A program made the position numbers and the translations under genes. From a virus (lineage: Duplodnaviria; Caudoviricetes), in the IMG/VR virus record IMGVR_UViG_3300014876_000012, positions 1 through 24,073 of that record: a stretch of 24,073 nucleotides of DNA, one strand, 5' to 3'. Below the pieces are notes generated by a model. The model was given only the letters and a program-made list of their open reading frames with translations. It ran no database searches and was not told the origin of the DNA. Below, piece after piece: positions 15,899 through 24,073 of the stretch (the stretch's first letter is position 1; each line of letters begins with the position of its first letter).

Positions 15899-16117
15899 AT
15901 GTTCGGCCAAGTGATAAGGGCTCTTATATATATCTGCTTTCTGGCGATCGCCTACTACCTGGTACTCTGGGTGCTGGGCGTGCTGGGCATTCACATCCCG
16001 CCGGTCATCCTGACGATCATCGGGGTGATCCTCGTGCTGTTCGCGATCCTGATCCTCTATCAGCTGTTTGCGCCCTACTGGGGCGGCGTCAACTGGTGGG
16101 GCAGGCGCGGACCATGA
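15899..16117 (+). CDS. Two-TM small membrane protein (Thivi_2564-like or holin candidate)
   Basis: Two long hydrophobic helices separated by IHIPP, with an RBS upstream. Confidence 0.75.
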   Translation: MFGQVIRALIYICFLAIAYYLVLWVLGVLGIHIPPVILTIIGVILVLFAILILYQLFAPYWGGVNWWGRRGP

Positions 16118-16130
16118 GGGTCGACGGCCG

Positions 16131-16289
16131 ATGGACCCCTCGACCGAAACGCGGCTCGCGGTTCTGGAGGAGGCAGTAAGGCGCTTGGAGGCACGGGTCG
16201 AGAAGATCGCCTGGGCCATCGTCTCGGCGTTGGGGGTTACGACAGCGTTCTTAGCGGTGAAATATCTGTCGGATGCTGTCGGAAAATGA
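16131..16289 (+). CDS. Small coiled-coil plus C-terminal TM protein, XhlA-like architecture
   Basis: GAGGG RBS. MDPSTETRLAVLEEAVRRLEARVEK is followed by IAWAIVSALGVTTAFLAV, and the stop overlaps the next ATG. Confidence 0.7.
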   Translation: MDPSTETRLAVLEEAVRRLEARVEKIAWAIVSALGVTTAFLAVKYLSDAVGK

Positions 16290-16753
16290 AGATCGTCTGC
16301 GGCTGGCAACCGCTGGCCGAGGTGCTGGCTGAGCCGAACCTGCCCGACCTGATCCGCTCCTACTGGGAGGAATTGAGCCCCCACCCCGCGCTCGTCTGCG
16401 ACCCCGACTGGCCGCTGATGCTGACGATGGAGGCCGAGGGGCGGTTCAAGGTGTGGACCTGCCGGGTCGACGGCACCCTGGCGGGGTTCATCGCGTTCCA
16501 CTTCATGACGCACATCGCCTACAGGAGCACGGTCCTGGCGATCGACGCCGGGCACTACCTGGGAAGCGCGTGGCGCAACCGGGGCCGGATCGGTTACAAT
16601 ATGTGGCGCAGCGTCAAGCCGGCGCTGAAGGCGGAGGGAGCGGTCCTCGCCATGCTGCACGACAATGCCGCGCGCCCACTGATGCCGTTCTTCCTGTCGC
16701 TGGGCGCCGAGCCGTTCTCGACGATCTACTGGTGGGATTTGGGGGCCAAATAG
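16286..16753 (+). CDS. GNAT-fold acetyltransferase-like phage protein
   Basis: WEE......DPDW......E..G......R.DG.L.GF...H..Y......D..YL...WR....G pattern, located just upstream of the ejection genes. Confidence 0.75.
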   Translation: MKIVCGWQPLAEVLAEPNLPDLIRSYWEELSPHPALVCDPDWPLMLTMEAEGRFKVWTCRVDGTLAGFIAFHFMTHIAYRSTVLAIDAGHYLGSAWRNRGRIGYNMWRSVKPALKAEGAVLAMLHDNAARPLMPFFLSLGAEPFSTIYWWDLGAK

Positions 16754-18235
16754 ATGCAGTCCCAAGGCGCAGGCGGCTCGGGCAGCAGCGGAGGCAGTCC
16801 GACGGTATATTTGCCGCCCGGGCAGGACGTGGCGGCCAAGACGTGGGCCGACATCCTCAACCCGCTCGCCGGGGTCGCGGGGAATGCCGGGGCCGGCACG
16901 CCGGGCGCATGGGCCTACCCGCAGTCGCAGTCGCTCTACCCGACCGGCTACAACCAGGTCTCGCAGTTCCTGACCGGATCGCCCTACGGCCCGACCCTCT
17001 ACGACCAGAATATGGGCACCGCCGTCGGCTCGGCGACGAACGCCTATAACAATTTCCTGCCGACCTACGGCGCGGTGACCGGGGCGATCCCCGGCCTCGT
17101 CGGTGGCGCGACCGCCGGCATGGAGTACTTGCCGCAGACGCTGGAGAACGCTTTCTCGCCGTACTACGGGACGATGGTGCAGGCGGCGGCCGACAACCCG
17201 CTCTATCCGCAGGCGATGACCGGCGCGTCTCAGGCGGCGGCCTACGGCGGCCAGGGCGCGCAGGACATGATGACGCAAGCCCGGGCGCTGATGATGTCTG
17301 GCTTCGACCCGCAGGCCGGCCTCTACAACCGGGGCCAGCAGCAACTCCTCGACAAGTCGAATGCGGTCAACGCGATGTCGGGTCTGTCCGGTCCCTACGC
17401 CGCCGGGGTCACCAGCAACGCGCTCGGCAATTACGACATCAACTGGCAGAACCAGCAGCTCGGCCGGCAGACGCAGGCGGCGCAGGCATCGTCGCCCCTC
17501 TACACCGGCGCGACCAACCTCGCCTACGGCTCGGCGCAGATGCCGAACCAGGTCTACATGAAGCAGATCTCCGACGTGCTCGCCGCGCTGGAGGCGCAGA
17601 ACCGGGCCGGGCAGAGCGGCGTCTCGAGCTACGGCGGCATGATCGACGCCATCGGCCGGGGATTGACCGGCGGCCTCGGCCTCGGCACCACCGGGGCGCA
17701 GGGCCTGACCTCGATCGGCGGCGCGCCCTACTCGACCGGCGCCACCATCGCCAACAATTCGCTCAGCGGTCTCAGCAACCTGAACAGCATGCTGACCAGT
17801 TCGACCGCGATGGGAAATCAGCAGTACACGCTGCCGATAGAGGTGATGAACCAGCTCGCCAAATACATGGGGCTCGGGCAAACGGCCTCCGGTATCAACG
17901 ACCAACTCGGTCGGAGCGCATTCAATCAGCAGGCGTCCGGCATCGGCGGCCTTCTCAGTGGGGCAAACATGCTGTTCAACCCGACTAGTGGCTGGTTCCC
18001 CGGTGCGATTAGCGGCCTGGCGGGCCTATTCGGTTCCGACCGGCGGCTGAAGCGCGACATCGAGCAGATCGGTAGGCTGCGCAACGGCCTGCCGGTGTAC
18101 CGCTTCCGCTACCACTGGAGCGGGCGCTCGACGATCGGGCTGATGGCCGACGAGGTGGAGAGGGTTCACCCCGAGGCGGTGGTCGATGGGCCGGGCAGCC
18201 TGAAGATGGTCAATTACGCCCTGGCGGTGGGGTAG
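16754..18235 (+). CDS. Putative DNA ejection (pilot) protein with a C-terminal peptidase S74 intramolecular chaperone domain
   Basis: Q/G/A/M-rich low-charge helical body. SDRRLKRDI...GLPVYRFRY...GLMADEVERVHPEAV...VNY starts at 18035. Confidence 0.8.
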   Translation: MQSQGAGGSGSSGGSPTVYLPPGQDVAAKTWADILNPLAGVAGNAGAGTPGAWAYPQSQSLYPTGYNQVSQFLTGSPYGPTLYDQNMGTAVGSATNAYNNFLPTYGAVTGAIPGLVGGATAGMEYLPQTLENAFSPYYGTMVQAAADNPLYPQAMTGASQAAAYGGQGAQDMMTQARALMMSGFDPQAGLYNRGQQQLLDKSNAVNAMSGLSGPYAAGVTSNALGNYDINWQNQQLGRQTQAAQASSPLYTGATNLAYGSAQMPNQVYMKQISDVLAALEAQNRAGQSGVSSYGGMIDAIGRGLTGGLGLGTTGAQGLTSIGGAPYSTGATIANNSLSGLSNLNSMLTSSTAMGNQQYTLPIEVMNQLAKYMGLGQTASGINDQLGRSAFNQQASGIGGLLSGANMLFNPTSGWFPGAISGLAGLFGSDRRLKRDIEQIGRLRNGLPVYRFRYHWSGRSTIGLMADEVERVHPEAVVDGPGSLKMVNYALAVG

Positions 18236-18238
18236 GCG

Positions 18239-18640
18239 ATGCCGGAATGGCTCATGGCATTCCTGCGGATGGCGCAGCAGCAGCAACCGCAGGGAGGCGC
18301 GTTCGATCCGACGTACGGATTGCCCGGTTCGATGGGGGCGACTCCGGCTGGGGCGGGCGGTCAGGGCGACCCGGTGCTTGGTCTGTTCAACCAGCAGATG
18401 CCGGGGTGGAACCGCTTCCACACGAACCGCTACCCGGAGATGTTCCGCGGCACCAACCGGGCGTTTCAGGGGCCGATGACGGGCGACCCGGTGCTCGCGC
18501 CTCCGCGCCTGCCGCCGGTGACCATGCCAAGCATCCTCGGCGTGGACCCGGGCACGGGGGCCGGCATCCCGCCAGGCGGCTGGATGGCGCGGCCGCCGCT
18601 GCCGTCCCTTGAGGAAATCCTTTACGGGCGGAGAACCTGA
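18239..18640 (+). CDS. Pro/Gly-rich hypothetical protein in the ejection cluster
   Basis: Fills the gap between the ejection genes and is TGATG-coupled to the next gene. Confidence 0.65.
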   Translation: MPEWLMAFLRMAQQQQPQGGAFDPTYGLPGSMGATPAGAGGQGDPVLGLFNQQMPGWNRFHTNRYPEMFRGTNRAFQGPMTGDPVLAPPRLPPVTMPSILGVDPGTGAGIPPGGWMARPPLPSLEEILYGRRT

Positions 18641-20196
18641 TGTTCAATCTCGCGGCCCTCGGCGCCGGCATCGGCCAGTTCGCGCAGCAGCAGCAGCAGG
18701 AGCGCGAGAACCAGGTCCGCACCCTGATGCTGCAAATGCAGCTGCGGAAATTCCAGATGGAAATGGAGGCGGATAGGCGCACAAACGAGGCGGCTGGATT
18801 GTCGTTCGATCTGGGCGGCGGACAGTCTCCCACTCCGATCCAGGGGCTGCCGCAGCCATCCGGGATGCCATCCGGGATGCCATCCGGTTTCCCGTCCGGG
18901 ATGCCGGGCACCATGCCGCAGGGCGCCAATCCGCTGGCGTTCGTTGGTCAGCTCGCCGATGCCGCGAGGCGACAGCAAGGAACACAACCGGGCTCCGCAT
19001 TCGAGGGTCAGTATGGGGGTTTCCAGGCCGGCGCGCTGCCGGGCGGACCGTCGATTGGGAATATTCCCGGTGGCCCGGCCTATCCCGGCACCGGGGCTCC
19101 GTTGAGCCATGGGGGGGTGCCGTCGCGTGATCCAGGCATGCCGACAAAGCCGCCGAGCGGAGGGGCTCCGTCGCCGTTGCTGACATCGGCGTCAACCGCG
19201 AGAAACTCGGTCCCGCAGGCAGACGAGCTGGCGAGAAACTCGTCCCCACAGGCGGCCGCACCAGTTGCCCAGACCGAGCCGCTGATGCCGCCGTCGGTGC
19301 AGGACATCGCCATTATCTTGCGGCAGAAGAACCCGACCGCATCGACCCGCGCGATCATGGAGCGTGCCAAGACGGAGCGCGAGGGGCTGCTGAGCGACTA
19401 CAAGGTCAAGCACGATGCGTGGAAGGCGAAGACCGGATTTGCCGGCGATGCCGCAAGCCGCGCCATCCAGAGCCGCAAGGTGGACGTGGACGAGCGCCAG
19501 GGCGACGAGAAGGCCAGCCAGGATTGGGAGCGCATCAGGCAGGAGTTGCGCCGGATTCAGGAGGTGGAGCGGGCCGGCAAGGCGACGACATCAGACCTGG
19601 AGTTCAAGCAGAAGCACGCCGGCCGGGAGCAGGCCGAGCGCGAGCGCGCGAACAAGGCTCGCGAGCAGGGCGCGGCTGACCGGCTGAAGGCCACGGTAGG
19701 CAAGACGCAAGCCAAGACCGATGTCGCGCTGGCCGAGGCCGAGAATTTGATCAAGGACGCGCGGGAACTCGCAATGATGATAGAGGCCGATCCGACGCTG
19801 GTGGGCGGTCCCGGCTTGGCGCGGCGGGCGGGTGGTGCGGCGAGCGATGTGGTCGGCGCCGTGATCGGCCGGGAGGACCCGCTGCGCATGTCGAACCCGG
19901 CCTCGTCCGACTTCAAGAGCAGGCTGCAACTGCTGCAATCCAGGCTAGGCAAGCCGCTGCTCGACGCTCGCTACTGGAGCAAGGGCGAGCAGGAGCGGAT
20001 GAACCAGCTGGTGCCGGCGCTAGGAAAGTGGGACAGCCCCACGGCAGCGAGGCAGTCGCTGAACAATATCGCCGACACCCTGGAAAGAATCGTTGCAGCC
20101 ACCCGCGCCGCGACCGGGGCCGTTGCCGAAGATGTGGACACGATAACCCGGGACGAAATCAGGAGCGGCCTGCCAGAAATCTTTGGGACGCAATAG
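18640..20196 (+). CDS. Putative internal virion / DNA ejection protein
   Basis: Begins MFNLAALGAGIGQF, then a Q-rich helix, a long P/G disordered segment and a charged coiled coil. The position fits. Confidence 0.7.
   Translation: MFNLAALGAGIGQFAQQQQQERENQVRTLMLQMQLRKFQMEMEADRRTNEAAGLSFDLGGGQSPTPIQGLPQPSGMPSGMPSGFPSGMPGTMPQGANPLAFVGQLADAARRQQGTQPGSAFEGQYGGFQAGALPGGPSIGNIPGGPAYPGTGAPLSHGGVPSRDPGMPTKPPSGGAPSPLLTSASTARNSVPQADELARNSSPQAAAPVAQTEPLMPPSVQDIAIILRQKNPTASTRAIMERAKTEREGLLSDYKVKHDAWKAKTGFAGDAASRAIQSRKVDVDERQGDEKASQDWERIRQELRRIQEVERAGKATTSDLEFKQKHAGREQAERERANKAREQGAADRLKATVGKTQAKTDVALAEAENLIKDARELAMMIEADPTLVGGPGLARRAGGAASDVVGAVIGREDPLRMSNPASSDFKSRLQLLQSRLGKPLLDARYWSKGEQERMNQLVPALGKWDSPTAARQSLNNIADTLERIVAATRAATGAVAEDVDTITRDEIRSGLPEIFGTQ
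18856..18915 (+). repeat. In-frame 12-bp tandem repeat encoding (PSGM)n
   Basis: CCATCCGGGATG twice exactly, then CCATCCGGTTTC, CCGTCCGGGATG and CCGGGCACCATG. Confidence 0.9.
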
Positions 20197-23100
20197 ATGT
20201 CGGACGCGCCGCAAGCCCAGGAACCCACCCCGGAGCGAAAACTCCAGCTGCTGCACGAGGCGTACCGTCTCGGCATGCTGCCGGCCGAGAAGCGTCGGCT
20301 CTACGAGGGCGCAATCAAGCTGAAGATGATTGATCCGCCGCCCGTGCAGCCGAGCGGGGTCATGGCGGCGGGCGGAGCGCTTGGCGGCACCTCGACGCCG
20401 CCGGAGGCAGACACCGAGATCGGGATCGGACTCGCATCTCCGGGGCCGGCCCCGCCGGTCGCCCAGATGCCCGGGACATCCGCCCGCGGCACCGCCGGGG
20501 TGGCCGTCCAGCGTTCGCGCGACCTGCCAGGCGAGATGCGGCTGCTGCAAGGTTACGACCCGAGCGTCGATTATGACACCGGCACCGGCTGGAACGACGC
20601 GGTGGCGATGTACCGCTCCGACAACCCCAAGGAGAAGCGCGCCTACTTGGCGAAGAAATACGGCCCCGATAACGTCTTCACCGACCGCGGCGGCCGGTTC
20701 GTGGTGCGCGGCCCCGAGGGCAAGCTGATGTCCCCCGAGGGCACCGGGTTCGTCAACGACCTGATGCAGGGCGGGGCGCAGATATACGCCGACGCGCCGA
20801 TGCTCGTGGGCGGTCTTGGGGGCATGATTGCGGGAGCTCCGGCCGGCCCTGGGGGCGCGGTTGCCGGGGCGATAGCCGGTACGGCGCTGGGCAAGGGGTT
20901 GACCGAGGGCGTCAAGGCGGCGACCGGGGAGTTCGATAAGACTGTCGGAGAGACCGCTGAGGCGGTCGGGCTGGCAGGCCTATACGGTGGGGCCGGGGAG
21001 GCTGCGGGTCGGCTGGTGACGCAGATACCCCGCGTCGCTGGTAACGCATTCCGCAAGTACGTCTCGCGACCAACCCCGGAGTCGCAGGACTTGACGGCGT
21101 CCGTGCTGCGTGCTGGCGGCGTGCCCCCGATCAGATCGGCGGCCCCTGGGCTTGGGCCGCTCGCGATCGGCCAGGATTTGTCGATGCGCCTCGGGTACAA
21201 CCCGCTGGAGGCGCCGAACAGGCGCGCGGTTCACGGGAGATTGGCGGACATCGCCGATCTGACGCCGGCGCAGCGTGAGGACGGCCCCATCATCGAGGGC
21301 ATCCTTAATCCGACGGCTCGCATCTCGGCCACGGAAGCGGGCGAGAGCGTGCTGGGGGCGGTGCAGCGGCACGGCGCGCACCTGGAGGCCGATGTCGAGA
21401 ACCTAGCCCGCGACGCCGACCGGATGCTGAACCGGCAGCTGAACCAGTTGGGTGCCGTTTCCCGGCGCGCTCCGGCGGGCATGGGCGGCGGCCTGGGCAT
21501 GGACTTCGCCGCGGGCCTGAGCCAGGCAAGGGCCGAGTTCAGCCGCTCGATGGAGAAGGGCTACTCCCAGATTGATCGCCTCGTGGCGCCGATGGAGAAG
21601 CCGGGGCCGCAAGCGTTTTCCCCAAATCGAGAGATGACCGATGAGGCTCTGTTCGGAGTCCCCTCGGCCAATCGAGGGGCGCCCGTCCCGACGCCGCCCG
21701 CCGGCATCGTGCCGACACCCACGATGAAGAAGGCGGCCGGCCGGATTCTAGATTCCCTGCCGAAGGGCGAGGCCGGGGAGCCCATCTTCGCCGACGCTCG
21801 GGTTTTGCGGGCGCTGAACCAGTTGCGCAACGCCCCGGAGAAGATGCCGCTCGGGGAAACGCAGCGTATCCGCACCATTCTCGGCGAGATGGGTGAATTC
21901 ACCGATATGATGCCGGGGGTTGCCAAGCGCGACTTTAACGACCTGCGCCACGCGGTGAACTCCTCAATCCAGGCGGCGGCATTCGACCCCGCCGCCGGGC
22001 CAGCAATCCGGTTGCTGCGGAAGATGGACGATGCCTACCGCGAGGGCATCCGTAAGTTCGGCGACGCCGAGATCAACCAGATGGTGGCACAGGCCAAGAC
22101 GGGGATCATGCCGGACCCCGGAGTGATCGCCGACAAGGTGCTGGCGCCCGGCAACCTCTCCCGCGCCCGCACGATGCGCGAGATGGTCGGCCCCGACGTG
22201 TGGAAACGCGTTGCCGCCGCCGACATGGACAACATGCTCGGTCGCGGCGGCTCGGCGGTTGACCCGCAGACCGGTGATATATCGGCACGCAAGTTCGCGG
22301 CGCTCGTCGCGGCTAAAGACAAGAGCGGCATGCTGGAATTGACCTACGGCCCCAGCGTCGCCCGTCAGATGCGGGTCTTCGGCCAGCGCATGGACGCACG
22401 CGGTGGCAAGGTGCCGGCCGAGGCGCTGACGCCGGACAATTTTGGGCAGACGATGCGGCAGTTGGAGACGGCCCAGCAGACCCGAGACGCCTTCCTGTCG
22501 CGGAATTTTCTATCCGAGCTATCCGATCCGAAAAAGATGCCGGACGACGCCATCAACTTTGTCGCGCAGCCGGGGCAGCAGACCAAGCTGGCGCAAGCGC
22601 AAGCCTTCTTTAGTGACGATTCCCCGCAAATGGAGGCGATCCGAAAGCAGGCGAGGGAGGAGCTTCTCCATTCGGCTATCGTCGTAACCGGAAGCGGTGC
22701 GACGACCAGCATAGCCGGGGACGGTATAGAGAATGCCCTGTCGAGGTGGACGCCACGCCAGCAGGAAATACTGTTTCCTGATGGGCTCGCCGCCGACATG
22801 GGCCGACTGGCCCGAGAAATACGCTTTATGTATCCAAGAAACCCAAACGCAATAGCCGGAGGCATGGCGGCGGGAGCAATCGGACTATTGCCCTTTCCCA
22901 CCAACATTCCGGCCGAGTTGCCGTTCAAGGTTTGGGCGTATTTTCTGTCGAAACCCGGCGTCGTGCGCGCCCTGTCGGAGGGGCTGAAGCCCGGCCCCGG
23001 CAAGGCCGCGACCCGCGAGACGATCCGCATGATCTTCCGCGAGGCGGCGCTCGGCGAGTTGCCGCACCCGGACGAGGAGCCGGCGCCCGGAGTGATGTCG

Positions 23101-23208
23101 CGAAGGGATGCCACCACGGCCGTCATGGGCCGCAAGCAGGCCCCGCCGCCCTCGGGGTCACAGCTTCGCCCGTCACGCGATCTACGCCCCAGCGCCGCCG
23201 GCCCCTAG
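20197..23208 (+). CDS. Large internal virion / DNA ejection protein (1003 aa)
   Basis: A glycine-zipper hydrophobic segment (GGLGGMIAGAPAGPGGAVAGAIAGTALG) precedes a long alpha-helical body. It is the last gene of the structural operon. Confidence 0.7.
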   Translation: MSDAPQAQEPTPERKLQLLHEAYRLGMLPAEKRRLYEGAIKLKMIDPPPVQPSGVMAAGGALGGTSTPPEADTEIGIGLASPGPAPPVAQMPGTSARGTAGVAVQRSRDLPGEMRLLQGYDPSVDYDTGTGWNDAVAMYRSDNPKEKRAYLAKKYGPDNVFTDRGGRFVVRGPEGKLMSPEGTGFVNDLMQGGAQIYADAPMLVGGLGGMIAGAPAGPGGAVAGAIAGTALGKGLTEGVKAATGEFDKTVGETAEAVGLAGLYGGAGEAAGRLVTQIPRVAGNAFRKYVSRPTPESQDLTASVLRAGGVPPIRSAAPGLGPLAIGQDLSMRLGYNPLEAPNRRAVHGRLADIADLTPAQREDGPIIEGILNPTARISATEAGESVLGAVQRHGAHLEADVENLARDADRMLNRQLNQLGAVSRRAPAGMGGGLGMDFAAGLSQARAEFSRSMEKGYSQIDRLVAPMEKPGPQAFSPNREMTDEALFGVPSANRGAPVPTPPAGIVPTPTMKKAAGRILDSLPKGEAGEPIFADARVLRALNQLRNAPEKMPLGETQRIRTILGEMGEFTDMMPGVAKRDFNDLRHAVNSSIQAAAFDPAAGPAIRLLRKMDDAYREGIRKFGDAEINQMVAQAKTGIMPDPGVIADKVLAPGNLSRARTMREMVGPDVWKRVAAADMDNMLGRGGSAVDPQTGDISARKFAALVAAKDKSGMLELTYGPSVARQMRVFGQRMDARGGKVPAEALTPDNFGQTMRQLETAQQTRDAFLSRNFLSELSDPKKMPDDAINFVAQPGQQTKLAQAQAFFSDDSPQMEAIRKQAREELLHSAIVVTGSGATTSIAGDGIENALSRWTPRQQEILFPDGLAADMGRLAREIRFMYPRNPNAIAGGMAAGAIGLLPFPTNIPAELPFKVWAYFLSKPGVVRALSEGLKPGPGKAATRETIRMIFREAALGELPHPDEEPAPGVMSRRDATTAVMGRKQAPPPSGSQLRPSRDLRPSAAGP

Positions 23209-23223
23209 CCCGTCGCGAGAGGA

Positions 23224-23382
23224 TCAGCCGGGGGCATTGTCGGGCCAGACGATGCTGAGCAGGAGCGCGATTTCGACGGCGGCGCATCCAAGAGCGATGT
23301 ATCGCTGCCATGCCTTTTGCAGGATCGCCGCTCCCACCAGTGCGAGGCATAGCATCGCAGCGCACGGTATTGCCGCGCTCAC
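23224..23382 (-). CDS. 52-aa two-TM membrane protein, absent from the supplied ORF track
   Basis: The GTG at 23382 overlaps the upstream TGA, with GGAG upstream. Translation: MSAAIPCAAMLCLALVGAAILQKAWQRYIALGCAAVEIALLLSIVWPDNAPG. Confidence 0.6.
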   Translation of the reverse strand: MSAAIPCAAMLCLALVGAAILQKAWQRYIALGCAAVEIALLLSIVWPDNAPG

Positions 23383-23582
23383 CGCCCCGGCTCCGCGTCG
23401 AGGGTGGTGGGTTGGGTGACAAGCTCGTCGCGCTCCTTGGTGAGGCGATCTATTATTGATCGCAGTAGGTCGATGTCATCGTCACCGTAGTATGAAGGCG
23501 CTCGTCGGGCTGGGTGATAAACATCGGCGCGGCGACGTAGAAGGTCGGCCAGCCGCTCGGCGTCCTTCGTGGGGTCAGTCAT
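23379..23582 (-). CDS. Small phage hypothetical protein
   Basis: ATGA overlap with the upstream gene and a GGGAG RBS. Confidence 0.65.
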   Translation of the reverse strand: MTDPTKDAERLADLLRRRADVYHPARRAPSYYGDDDIDLLRSIIDRLTKERDELVTQPTTLDAEPGR

Positions 23583-23866
23583 GGGGAGGCTCCCGACAGA
23601 ATGTTCCGCTCCATGCGGTCGAAAGCGTCCTCATCATTGAAGCTTTCAGATGCAACGATGGCGGCACAGCGCAGCCGCTCCTCCCGCACGCCGGCCGCGC
23701 GGAAGCGGTCGAGGGCGAGGGCGATGTCTTGATGAATGACTAACGATGATCCAGCGTATATTGGAATGTCGATATCTACCCAGTTTTGGATAAGCTTTCG
23801 TGATGCCTCCAGTGCTTCCTGGCTCGGCTCGGTCGGGGCGCGCTCCGGGGAGGGGGGGTCAGACAT
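23579..23866 (-). CDS. Small phage hypothetical protein containing ERLRCAAI
   Basis: ATG 23866 follows GGGAG. The ERxRCAxI motif is common in small phage early proteins. Confidence 0.65.
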   Translation of the reverse strand: MSDPPSPERAPTEPSQEALEASRKLIQNWVDIDIPIYAGSSLVIHQDIALALDRFRAAGVREERLRCAAIVASESFNDEDAFDRMERNILSGASP

Positions 23867-24071
23867 CGGTACAACTCCCACGGAAGCGAATGCCGGACCA
23901 ATCAAGCTTCTCCTTGCCTCCGTCGCTGGTGGTGGGAGGGCGTGGCTTCGGCATGTAGTGGGTGAATGCGCCCGCTCGGTAGCCGGGGCCGTCAGCAGTT
24001 TGCCATTGGAAGTCGTCCTTGGTGTCGTCCCAGAACGCGACGACCATGAAGTCGCTCTCGGTCGTGCCGAG
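23859..24071 (-). CDS. 5'-truncated DUF551-like protein
   Basis: The frame is open to the window edge. VAFW......W..........THYMPKPRPP resembles the THWMPLPEPP signature. Confidence 0.6.
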   Translation of the reverse strand, partial: LGTTESDFMVVAFWDDTKDDFQWQTADGPGYRAGAFTHYMPKPRPPTTSDGGKEKLDWSGIRFRGSCTDV

Positions 24072-24073
24072 CA

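Noticed and set aside
15479-17905. 808-aa minus-strand ORF
   Set aside because: Shadow across several well-supported plus-strand genes, with no recognisable domain.
1-24073. CRISPR array, tRNA, rRNA, integrase or IS element
   Set aside because: None recognisable. The window is almost fully protein-coding.

Overview
GC-rich tailed-phage or prophage DNA covering the late structural region of a podovirus-like phage. An alphaproteobacterial host is a guess from GC content and gene style. The plus strand is a tightly coupled gene run (many TGATG/ATGA overlaps): small post-capsid genes, a head-tail adaptor-like protein, a free-standing HNH-type endonuclease, a long tail fibre, a tail nozzle/stabilisation-like protein, a beta-helix tailspike, a ~5 kb block of small virion-like proteins, three small membrane proteins, a GNAT-fold protein, and probable DNA-ejection (internal virion) proteins, the first ending in a peptidase S74 domain. 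Small minus-strand genes converge from the right end. The most striking feature is the 10.8-15.7 kb block. Six genes there start with signal-peptide-like leaders, several have fibre- or decoration-like mature regions with paired cysteines, and they surround an antisense O-antigen ligase / O-oligosaccharyltransferase (Wzy_C) family gene that has its own minus-strand terminator. This suggests, as inference only, a phage module that exports virion or surface proteins to the periplasm and possibly glycosylates them. All family calls come from motif recognition by eye; no searches were run.
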